Source of the DNA: Pedobacter terrae
Lineage (GTDB): Bacteria > Bacteroidota > Bacteroidia > Sphingobacteriales > Sphingobacteriaceae
NCBI RefSeq assembly: GCF_900100705.1
Contig: NZ_FNCH01000007.1
Location: 123,464-147,463, forward strand
Reading direction: 5' to 3'
Length of the DNA: 24,000 nucleotides
Shown here in pieces: positions 7,660 to 15,335 of the stretch (within the stretch, counting starts at the first letter, position 1; every line of letters starts with the position of its first letter). The notes below the pieces were generated by a model. That model did no database searches, was not told the origin of the DNA, and was given only the letters and a program-made list of their open reading frames with translations. Both the position numbers and the translations under genes were made by a program.

Positions 7660-8572
7660 CGATGCGCAGCTTATAAAACATTGGCCAGGCTTTACCAATC
7701 ATGTAATGGAAGCTAACGGAACACAACTGCATTTTGTAGATAGTGGTGGCGAAGGCCAGGTATTGATCTGTCTGCCCGGCTGGCCGCAAACCTGGTATTC
7801 GTATCGTTCTGTCGCGCTGCCATTGGCCGATCACTTTAGGGTTATCGTAGTAGATATTCGTGGCATGGGCAGTTCGGCAACACCACCATCTGGCTATGAC
7901 AAAAAAACAATGGCTACTGATGTGTACAGGTTAATGGCGCTATTGGGTATCAGTAAAGCGCACGTATTAGGCCATGATATAGGTGGTATGGTAGCAGCCA
8001 GCCTGGCGCATAATTACCCGGATGTGGTAGAACGCCTGATCCTGGCGGACGGTCTACATCCTAACGAAGGAATGATGCAAATGAAACTGATGCCGCCGCC
8101 GGAAACTTTTGGTGAAAAAATAGATCACCAACAGCCTTATACCTGGTGGATGAGTTTTAATCAGGTCAAAGAACTGCCTGAAAAATTACTGGAGGGACGT
8201 TATCGCTACCTGCTCGACTGGCTTTTCGATTATGTAATGGTAGACAGTTCGAAGATGCCTGATTTTGAAAGAGATGTATATGCATCCGTTTACAATCAAC
8301 CAGAGCGTATACGTGCTTCCAATGGCTGGTACCAGGCGTTTAACCAGGATATAGCCGATGCCAAAAATTATTCGAAGCTAAATATGCCTGTTTTAGGTAT
8401 AGCCAGTAACGTATCTTCCGGTTTTTATCAGTATAGTTTACCAATGATAGCCGAAAATTATCAACTGGTGAATCTGGAAAATACCGGTCATTATATGTTC
8501 GAAGAAAATTCGTCGGGCGTTTATGACGCAATTTTAAAGTATTTGAAAAACAGTAGCCAGGGTAATGACTGA
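7643..8572 (+). CDS. Alpha/beta hydrolase, epoxide-hydrolase/dehalogenase-like class
   Basis: 309 aa. Has the PGWPQTWYSYR block, the nucleophile elbow GHDIGG (Asp nucleophile class) and a C-terminal catalytic His in NTGHYMFEE. It overlaps the NmrA gene by 17 nt. Confidence 0.85.
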   Translation: MEQVYSDAQLIKHWPGFTNHVMEANGTQLHFVDSGGEGQVLICLPGWPQTWYSYRSVALPLADHFRVIVVDIRGMGSSATPPSGYDKKTMATDVYRLMALLGISKAHVLGHDIGGMVAASLAHNYPDVVERLILADGLHPNEGMMQMKLMPPPETFGEKIDHQQPYTWWMSFNQVKELPEKLLEGRYRYLLDWLFDYVMVDSSKMPDFERDVYASVYNQPERIRASNGWYQAFNQDIADAKNYSKLNMPVLGIASNVSSGFYQYSLPMIAENYQLVNLENTGHYMFEENSSGVYDAILKYLKNSSQGND

Positions 8573-8620
8573 ACCGCTCCGGTAGTAAGTCCTTAACTCA
8601 CTATTTATTAGTAATTTGCA

Positions 8621-8765
8621 AAAAAAAAAGAGGCCGTATCATATTCGTAACATCACATCTAACTTGTCACGTTGAGCCTGTCGAAACGCTTTTAGTATAT
8701 TGATGGAGATTCTTCGACAAGCTCAGAATTGACAACTTTATATCTATGATACAGCCTCTTTTTAC
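8621..8765. repeat. REP/MITE-like nested imperfect hairpin element between convergent genes
   Basis: The outer arms AAAAAGAGGCCGTATCATA (8625-8643) and TATGATACAGCCTCTTTTT (8745-8763) pair with 1 mismatch. The inner arms TTGTCACGTTGAGCCTGTCGAA (8664-8685) and TTCGACAAGCTCAGAATTGACAA (8713-8735) pair imperfectly. The GAGCCTGTCGAA / TTCGACAAGCTC core resembles a palindromic repeat I recall as multi-copy in Bacteroidota genomes. Confidence 0.5.
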
Positions 8766-8867
8766 TCCTTCATATTAAACCTTAAGCAATCTAAGAATTG
8801 TTTAATGCATTATTGCTTACCGATCATCAACACAGGCTGGTTGGTTTCGTTCAGCTTATTTTAGGTA

Positions 8868-9185
8868 TTAACTCGTAACTTTCAGCGATTGAATATATCC
8901 CTCAGATAATTCAAAGTGGTATTTTAAAACGATCGGACTACCCGGAAAGTTTCCTGAAGTTTTGGACGACAGCATATTTTCCTTTTCGTCATAATCTACA
9001 GGCTCCATAGTGGCATGATATTCTTTGTTGGCCTTATCAATCCAGCTTTCAATTTCTGCTTTTCCGTTATGGGTTTTGCCTTCATCAAATACTACTGCAT
9101 GTTCAGCAAAACAATTAGCATAGGCTGCACTGTCAAAATCGTTTTGTGCTTTTACTAATTCGGAGATAATGTGTGGTAAATTCAT
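8868..9185 (-). CDS. SnoaL-like / NTF2-fold family protein
   Basis: 105 aa. N-terminal pattern ELVKAQNDFDSAAYANCFAEHAVVFDEG...GKAEIESW is typical of SnoaL-like small proteins. It lies directly downstream of the SDR gene. Confidence 0.6.
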   Translation of the reverse strand: MNLPHIISELVKAQNDFDSAAYANCFAEHAVVFDEGKTHNGKAEIESWIDKANKEYHATMEPVDYDEKENMLSSKTSGNFPGSPIVLKYHFELSEGYIQSLKVTS

Positions 9186-9206
9186 TGCATTATATTTTTA
9201 TGATTA

Positions 9207-10001
9207 TTAAATGGTTGGCACTGTACCGCCATCGATTACAAATTCAGTTCCTGTTAAGTAGCCAGCTCTTGGCGAAACCAGAAAGCCAACCAACTCAGCC
9301 ACTTCTTCAGGCTCGGATGGTCTTCCGAAAGGTATTCCACCTAAGGCATCCATTACACTTTGCTGCGCGTCTGCTATGGTACTATTTGCGTTTCTTGCAA
9401 TTTCGCCGAGCCAGGCTTCTGATGCTGTTGTATTGATCCAACCTGGAGAAACCGTGAGTACCCGAACGCCCTTAGGGGTAACTTCATTCGATAAACTTTT
9501 ACTGTAGTTTCTTAATGCGGCTTTTGAAGCGGCATAAGGCAAAGTAGAGTCGTAAAGCGGTAATTTACCCTGAATGGATGCGATATGAATAATAACGCCG
9601 CTTTTTCTATCCACCATCTGTGGTAAAAATCCTCTGTCGAGCCTCACCGGAGCAAGCAAATTAGCTTGCAGGGTTAATTCCCAATCTTCATCTGATAACA
9701 CAGAGAATCCACCGGCTGGTGTTGTTGAAGAACCAAGATTGTTCACCAGGATATCCAGCTTTCCATAAGTTGATAGCACTTCGCTAATTAATTTTTCTGT
9801 TCCTTCAGCTTTACTTAAATCAGCCGAAATAAAATGCAAGTTATCGTTTTCACTTTCAGGAGTATTTCTTGCACTAACGATCACTGTTGCGCCGGCTTGC
9901 AGCAGCCTTTCTGCAATTGCTTTTCCGGCTCCTTTTGTTCCACCGGTTACCAGGGCAATTTTGCCTTGAAGTTCATTGTTGTAGTTAAATTGATTTTCCA
10001 T
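9207..10001 (-). CDS. SDR family oxidoreductase
   Basis: The track ORF starts at a TTG (10022). I prefer the ATG at 10001 (MENQFNY...). Motifs present are TGGTKGAGKAIA (TGxxxGxG), NNLG and the catalytic YAASK (YxxxK). Confidence 0.9.
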   Translation of the reverse strand: MENQFNYNNELQGKIALVTGGTKGAGKAIAERLLQAGATVIVSARNTPESENDNLHFISADLSKAEGTEKLISEVLSTYGKLDILVNNLGSSTTPAGGFSVLSDEDWELTLQANLLAPVRLDRGFLPQMVDRKSGVIIHIASIQGKLPLYDSTLPYAASKAALRNYSKSLSNEVTPKGVRVLTVSPGWINTTASEAWLGEIARNANSTIADAQQSVMDALGGIPFGRPSEPEEVAELVGFLVSPRAGYLTGTEFVIDGGTVPTI

Positions 10002-10092
10002 TTGTCGAATTCTTTGATACAAATTTGAGAAGTATCACTTTTTCTGGCAATAACGGAAAACCGAATTGCATAGGGATAAATTTTTCCCCTAT

Positions 10093-10108
10093 TGTACAAA
10101 TTGGTACA
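10093..10108. promoter_or_regulatory. Candidate HxlR operator: TGTAC-N6-GTACA
   Basis: TGTACAAATTGGTACA has the same 5-N6-5 architecture with an AATT-centred spacer as the site at 4263-4278. It ends 6 bp upstream of the -7 box TAAATTTG (10115-10122) of the HxlR gene. Confidence 0.4.
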
Positions 10109-10125
10109 TTGGATTAAATTTGTAT

Positions 10126-10527
10126 ATGCACGAAAGAAAAATACCTTTGAATTTAAACTGCGGCCTCGACCTGATCGGCGAAGTAATTTACGGCAAATGG
10201 AAAATCCGTTTGTTATGGTTTATCCATCAGGGGCATTTGCGGCCAAGCGAATTACAGCGTAAAATCCCTGATGCATCAAGACGTGTTTTAAATATCCAAT
10301 TGAAAGAACTGGAAGATCATGAGCTGGTGACAAAGAAAATCTATGCTCAGGTACCACCAAAAGTTGAATATTACCTTACAGATTTTGGTAAAACCTTAGT
10401 TCCGGTAATTTCTGCATTAGGATTTTGGGGCGATGAACATGAAAACAGGCTGAGAAAGGTAATTTTAAAAAGAATGGAAGCCTCACAGGACCTTGCAAGT
10501 TATACAAACGATGTGTCCACTCTATAG
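10126..10527 (+). CDS. HxlR (DUF24) family transcriptional regulator
   Basis: The track ORF starts at a TTG (10066). The ATG at 10126 gives a family-typical 133 aa. Sequence is NCGLDLIGEVIYGKWKIRLLW...PSELQRKIPDASRRVLNIQLKELEDHELV. A -7 box TAAATTTG lies at 10115-10122. Confidence 0.85.
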   Translation: MHERKIPLNLNCGLDLIGEVIYGKWKIRLLWFIHQGHLRPSELQRKIPDASRRVLNIQLKELEDHELVTKKIYAQVPPKVEYYLTDFGKTLVPVISALGFWGDEHENRLRKVILKRMEASQDLASYTNDVSTL

Positions 10528-10543
10528 CTTAAGCTATATTTTA

Positions 10544-11278
10544 CTATTGCCCAAAAGGTAAATTTCCACCTTGCTTATTTACCTTCAAAATGTAGCCCAA
10601 ACCGTATACATTTTCTATACTGACCTGATCTGAAGATTTGAAAAGTCGCCGAAGTCTTGAAATGAATACTTCAAGACTTTTTCCATTAAAATAGTCGTCG
10701 TTTCCCCATAAGGATAAAAGCAGATCCTTTTTTTTGACTACCTGATTAATATGGTCTGCCAGCTGATCCAATACCTCTGATTCTCTGACTGTTAGCGAAA
10801 CTTCCTTGCCATCTGGCATCAAAACAAATAACTGATCCTTTTGGTAACGGATATCACCCATGGTGATGTAGCCTGGTTTGGCCCGGAAAGGTGTTGCTGG
10901 GTTAGGTGAAAACTTATTGATGATGTTTGCAATCCTCAACACCAGTTCTTCAATTTCAAAAGGTTTGGATATATAATCTATGGCGCCTATTTTAAGCCCT
11001 CTCAGCCGGTCTTGCTTTTCATTGTGTGCCGTAAGGAAAAAAAAGGGTTGGCCGGGGTTAATTTTCACCAGTTCAGCAGCCAGGTCGAAACCATTAAGAT
11101 CGGGTAATTGCACATCCACAATGATTAGCTTATTATCTAGCGGATTTGCAGAATAGTAATCTAAAGTTTCTGTAGCATTTTGAAACCACAGTACGCTAAA
11201 ACCACGCAACTTTAGGTATGCTGTGATGACATTGCCCAGATCAGTTTCATCCTCAATTATTATGATGTCATAAGGCAT
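10544..11278 (-). CDS. Response regulator, OmpR/PhoB family (receiver + winged helix)
   Basis: The receiver has the acidic pocket IIIIEDE and the phospho-acceptor context LIIVDVQLPDLNG. The C-terminal trans_reg_C domain reads LTVRESEVL...LEVFISRLRRL...VYGLGY. The track start at 11287 is a TTG, and I prefer the ATG at 11278. Confidence 0.9.
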   Translation of the reverse strand: MPYDIIIIEDETDLGNVITAYLKLRGFSVLWFQNATETLDYYSANPLDNKLIIVDVQLPDLNGFDLAAELVKINPGQPFFFLTAHNEKQDRLRGLKIGAIDYISKPFEIEELVLRIANIINKFSPNPATPFRAKPGYITMGDIRYQKDQLFVLMPDGKEVSLTVRESEVLDQLADHINQVVKKKDLLLSLWGNDDYFNGKSLEVFISRLRRLFKSSDQVSIENVYGLGYILKVNKQGGNLPFGQ

Positions 11279-11292
11279 AGGTTGCAATTTAA

Positions 11293-12726
11293 TTAATCAT
11301 TTGTACTATTCGTAATCTGCCCCATAGGTATAAACACCAGAAATTCAGTTCCTTTTTCAGGCGTTGTGTTTATACTGATTTTCCAGCCATGAATATCAAG
11401 GCATTGTTTAACGTAATATAAGCCAAGCCCCAGGCCTGAAACTGTACTGTCTTTACCTCCACGGAAGAATTTATCAAATATTTTTTCTTTCATATCGTTT
11501 TCCATTCCGTTTCCGTTATCCTTAATATGCAGGATATAACCATCCTTGTTTTTAGTGATAAAGAGCATGGTTATTTTAACTTCGCTTTGGTTATGTTTAA
11601 AAGAATTGTCAATTATATTCTGTAGCATAGTGGTAAACACAAAAGGATCCATCATCACCAGTATTTCCGAATCGTGGGGATCAAACGTAAGGCTATTGGG
11701 TTCGTGAATTTTTATTTTATAATCGTTTACCAGGGTAAGAACAGCATAGTTAAGATCTGTTTCCTCTAAATTGATATTGTTGTTCATTTCCGAGACCTCC
11801 AGCATTTGGTTGATGTGGGCGTGAAGCCGTCTGGCCTGTCTTTCCACAATATTTATAAGCGTATTTACACGATTCCGGTCGTTGAGTACCTCATCCTCAT
11901 GCAGGCTTTTGCTTGCCACTAAAATGGTGGTAACAGGGGTGTTAAATTCGTGTTTAATGCTGTTTAGAAAATCGGATTTAACATCTGTTTCTTTTTTCTG
12001 CCGCATCCAGCTGATGTAGGTGTAATAATTAATGCCTACAATGATGATGATGCAAAGTGCAACCAGCAAAAAGGTAGGCAGCATCTGATACGCCACTTTG
12101 AGCGTACGGCCCGGCGAATCAACAAAAAGGTTAAAGGTTACCCTATAATTATAGACCAGTTTACCGCTAACAGAAAGATTGGTAACCCGGTTCTGCATAT
12201 TTGGGGGAGATAACTTACCATCAATGATAACGCCGAAAGGTGTTATTTGGCCCGCATCAAAATTGGTATCAGTATGGCTGTCGAATATGGTAATATCCCC
12301 GATTATGTTATCAAAGTTGATATCTATCTGTTGAAAGGTAAGCAGGTATTGTAAGTTGCTGTCCAGCCCATTTTTCTTTACTATCGATTGGAAAACACTA
12401 TCCATGGTGCTTTCCTTTCGAAGGGTTTTCAATAAGGTATTGCTAACGTTTTGCGAAAGTTTAACAAAATCTTTCCGGTTGCTGAGGTAAGCCTTTTTAA
12501 GGGCAGGCATATTTTTGGAAAGGATCGAATCGATAATTTTTCCCCCGCCCTTGTAAACTTTATCTTCAGATATACTATGCCCATATTCATCATTAATCAG
12601 TGTTTTCTCTTTTACGCTATAATCCCGGTCTCTAAGTACATAAGAATTATAAGTTAACCTAAATTGCACGAGAAGCAATATCAGAAAGCTGAGCAATACG
12701 ACTGATTTATATATCCGGTTTTTCAT
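11293..12726 (-). CDS. Sensor histidine kinase with periplasmic input domain
   Basis: 477 aa. Two TM segments (about residues 8-25 and 215-240) bracket a roughly 190-aa extracytoplasmic domain. H-box is FLNSIKHEFNTPVT, N box IIDNSFKHN, G boxes DNGNGM and GLGLGLYYV. It lies immediately upstream of the response regulator gene. Confidence 0.9.
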   Translation of the reverse strand: MKNRIYKSVVLLSFLILLLVQFRLTYNSYVLRDRDYSVKEKTLINDEYGHSISEDKVYKGGGKIIDSILSKNMPALKKAYLSNRKDFVKLSQNVSNTLLKTLRKESTMDSVFQSIVKKNGLDSNLQYLLTFQQIDINFDNIIGDITIFDSHTDTNFDAGQITPFGVIIDGKLSPPNMQNRVTNLSVSGKLVYNYRVTFNLFVDSPGRTLKVAYQMLPTFLLVALCIIIIVGINYYTYISWMRQKKETDVKSDFLNSIKHEFNTPVTTILVASKSLHEDEVLNDRNRVNTLINIVERQARRLHAHINQMLEVSEMNNNINLEETDLNYAVLTLVNDYKIKIHEPNSLTFDPHDSEILVMMDPFVFTTMLQNIIDNSFKHNQSEVKITMLFITKNKDGYILHIKDNGNGMENDMKEKIFDKFFRGGKDSTVSGLGLGLYYVKQCLDIHGWKISINTTPEKGTEFLVFIPMGQITNSTND

Positions 12727-12775
12727 TTTATCCTTTAAAAATAGACGTATTATTCCATAAATGGCATAGCGTTAA

Positions 12776-12819
12776 GCTTTTGTTAGGCTTCTGTTACGCT
12801 TTTGTTCGGTAAATTGTTG
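12776..12819. promoter_or_regulatory. Four 11-bp-phased direct repeats (pho-box-like), candidate OmpR-family response-regulator binding array
   Basis: The repeats are GCTTTTGTTAG (12776-12786), GCTTCTGTTAC (12787-12797), GCTTTTGTTCG (12798-12808) and a degenerate GTAAATTGTTG (12809-12819). The core (T/C)TGTT recurs at exactly 11-bp spacing. The array ends 12 bp upstream of the plus-strand -7 box TAGCTTTG (12832-12839). Confidence 0.45.
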
Positions 12820-12936
12820 CCATTTGGGCGGTAGCTTTGAACAATGGATATAGATCGTCGACAATCAAATTCAGGTCAATAACTGCAAGCAAATCTATTA
12901 TCCAAGACATTCACTATCATATTAAACCAAAAAGAA

Positions 12937-14340
12937 ATGGCCTTTAGAAGGATTTTATTACTATTACTTATTGCTTTTGCTATAACATCCCAGGCAGGGG
13001 CGCAGCAAAAATCTCCTAACAAACCTTTAGCCGAACTGCAACAGGATTTTGTTGACCTCGGATTGGGCATGTTTATTCATTATGGTATGCCAACTTTTAT
13101 GGATCAGGACTGGTCGGATCCGGATGCAGATCTTTCCTTGTTCCGGTCGCCAAAACTTGATGCCGATCAATGGGCCAAAGCTGCAAAATCAGCCAATATG
13201 ACTTACGGTTGCTTAACCACCAAACACCACAGCGGTTTCCCGATCTGGAATACCAAAACAACCGCTTACAACGTCATGAATACGCCATTAAAACGCGATG
13301 TGGTAAAAGAGTATGCAGATGCTTTTCGCAAAAACGGTTTAAAGGTCATGCTTTATTATTCAATACTGGATACCCACCATAGCATCCGCCCAAATCAGAT
13401 CAAACCGGCAAATGTGCAAATGATTAAAGATCAGATTACCGAACTGCTCACAAATTATGGCGAGATCACCGCGCTGATTATTGACGGATGGGATGCACCA
13501 TGGTCGAGGATTTCTTATGATCAGGTACCTTTTGAAGACATTTATTACCTGATTAAATCTTTACAGCCAAACTGCCTGGTAATGGATCTTAATGCAGCAA
13601 AATATCCTACACAAGCACTTTTTTATACCGATATTAAATCTTACGAACAAGGTGCAGGTCAGTTTATTTCAAAAGAAAATAACAAACTTCCTGCGCTTGC
13701 CTGTCTTCCGCTCCAGGCCAACTGGTTCTGGAAAACATCTTTCCCTACTACGGCGGTAAAAAATGTTTCCGAACTGGTAAACAAATATATTGTTCCATAT
13801 AACGGTGCATATTGTAATTTTATCCTCAATGTAGCGCCTGGCAAAAATGGTTTGATAGATGATAATGCCTTAACAGCACTGAAAGAAATGGGGCAGCTTT
13901 ATCAAAAACCTGCAGACCTCCCACGTATTCCACCACATGCTACTCCGATTATTTCCAGTAACATTGCCAAACATGTAAAAAGCAATAGTAGCTGGAGTGA
14001 TGATATGAATATTATGGATTTTGCTAACGATGATAATTTTGGCTCAAGCTGGTCATCCAACCCTACTGTAAAATTGCCATGGTATGAGCTAAATTTTGAA
14101 AAGGCCGTGCCTTGTAATATGGTTGTACTTACCGCAGGCAATAACCAAAAGGCAACATATCGTTTACAATACTATGCAGATGGCAAGTGGATTGCATTGC
14201 CAGTAAGCAATGACGGGGAGAAAAGGGTCAACATTTTCAGGTTCAAACGAATCTGGTGTGAAAGAATTAAAGTTACCATTACCGATTTTGACATTGCGCC
14301 TGCTATTGCTGAACTAGGCGTATTTAACGAAAGAAAATAA
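12937..14340 (+). CDS. Secreted alpha-L-fucosidase (GH29) with C-terminal F5/8 type C (discoidin/CBM32-like) domain
   Basis: 467 aa. Signal peptide LLLLLIAFAITSQAGAQQ. GH29-like blocks are GMFIHYG, TKHHSGFPIWNT, LKVMLYYS and IIDGWD. The C-terminal ~130 aa (NSSWSDD...FGSSWSS...WYELNF...IAELGVF) resemble a discoidin domain. Confidence 0.8.
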   Translation: MAFRRILLLLLIAFAITSQAGAQQKSPNKPLAELQQDFVDLGLGMFIHYGMPTFMDQDWSDPDADLSLFRSPKLDADQWAKAAKSANMTYGCLTTKHHSGFPIWNTKTTAYNVMNTPLKRDVVKEYADAFRKNGLKVMLYYSILDTHHSIRPNQIKPANVQMIKDQITELLTNYGEITALIIDGWDAPWSRISYDQVPFEDIYYLIKSLQPNCLVMDLNAAKYPTQALFYTDIKSYEQGAGQFISKENNKLPALACLPLQANWFWKTSFPTTAVKNVSELVNKYIVPYNGAYCNFILNVAPGKNGLIDDNALTALKEMGQLYQKPADLPRIPPHATPIISSNIAKHVKSNSSWSDDMNIMDFANDDNFGSSWSSNPTVKLPWYELNFEKAVPCNMVVLTAGNNQKATYRLQYYADGKWIALPVSNDGEKRVNIFRFKRIWCERIKVTITDFDIAPAIAELGVFNERK

Positions 14341-14347
14341 AATTGCA

Positions 14348-14373
14348 TAGCCGGATCAATTTTGGTCCGGCTA
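14348..14373. terminator. Bidirectional hairpin terminator between fucosidase and ECF sigma genes
   Basis: TAGCCGGATCAA-tt-TTGGTCCGGCTA forms a stem of about 11-12 bp, including one G-U pair. It lies in the 68-bp gap between convergent stops, and a T-rich tract follows on the minus strand. Confidence 0.55.
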
Positions 14374-14408
14374 ATAGTATTAACGTGCTTATCAACAAAA
14401 TTTGGACA

Positions 14409-14918
14409 CTATGCTATCCTATACTGTTTCAAATACGTTTTAAGAATCTGTCTCGCTTGGTGGATATGGGTTTTTACTGTTCCTAACGGAAGGCCCCGCT
14501 CTTCAGCAATTTCTTCATATTTATACCCTTCAAAATACCGCTGAAAAGGAATCCGGTATTGCTCTGGCAAACTATCCAGTGCTTTTTGGATATCATCCAT
14601 TACAAATTTTCCTTCGGATGAAATTTTTGTTGAACTCTTCAGCAGGTTAGGACTGGATAAATCTTCATCTCTACTGATTACTGAATGTCTTTTCTGAGCT
14701 TTGCGATAGTCATTTATAAAGGTATTCCGCATAATTACGTAAAGCCAGCCACGTAAATTTGTGCCTTTGTCAAACTTTGCACAAAATCTGATTCCTTTAA
14801 TGAGTGTATCCTGCACCAGGTCTTTCGCGTCATCTTCATCATGGGTAAACCGCATCGCATGGGTGAAGAGAGCAACAGAATGTCCATCAGCAGCCCTGCT
14901 AAATTCATTTTGATTCAT
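14409..14918 (-). CDS. ECF-type RNA polymerase sigma-70 family factor
   Basis: 169 aa. Region 2 is DLVQDTLIKG...WLYVIMRNTFINDYRK and the region 4 HTH is YEEIAEERGLPLGTVKTHIHQARQ. There is no adjacent anti-sigma ORF. Confidence 0.85.
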   Translation of the reverse strand: MNQNEFSRAADGHSVALFTHAMRFTHDEDDAKDLVQDTLIKGIRFCAKFDKGTNLRGWLYVIMRNTFINDYRKAQKRHSVISRDEDLSSPNLLKSSTKISSEGKFVMDDIQKALDSLPEQYRIPFQRYFEGYKYEEIAEERGLPLGTVKTHIHQARQILKTYLKQYRIA

Positions 14919-15335
14919 AGTTTTTCAATTGGATAAATAGGTCATTAAAAAACAGCTTAAATTGAATTAAGTTTTGATCAATCTTGGAACAGGAGTATAG
15001 TCATCTACCAGATTAGATGATGCTTCATACCCAAAGCAGATCGTTTATGCATTGCTGTACAGCTAAATAGAACATTTTTGTAAAATCAGAATCATAAATA
15101 TGTTAACTTAACCAATCGCTTATATCTATACGATTGTTACGATTTTTAGCCTAAAATCAAAGCATTTGGTTTACTTGGTATGATTAATATAACCGATATA
15201 AATGTTCCTTATAATATCATGTTTTCTGAGGTCAAGCTATTTTGCGCCGAAAAAAATATTTAAGAAGAAATTGTTGTTTAAAATATCTTCAATAGATTTG
15301 ATGGGTCTTTTTAATGGATCAAATTCCTAATCATT

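Noticed and set aside
10066-10125. N-terminal extensions created by TTG/GTG starts in the ORF track. These are at 10066 (HxlR), 19844 (Zn-DH), 10022 (SDR), 5278 (RidA), 11287 (response regulator) and 23443 (TetR).
   Set aside because: In each case an in-frame ATG a few codons downstream gives the family-typical length. The extension is non-homologous-looking or covers promoter or operator elements.
14987-15012. An ECF-type -35-like GGAAC on the plus strand in the sigma/kinase intergenic region. It could suggest sigma-dependent transcription of the PAS-GAF kinase.
   Set aside because: There is no convincing -10 (CGT-type) element at 16-17 bp spacing. It lies about 340 bp from the kinase ATG, which has its own good TAGATTTG -7 box at 15293-15300. 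A 5-mer match is expected by chance.
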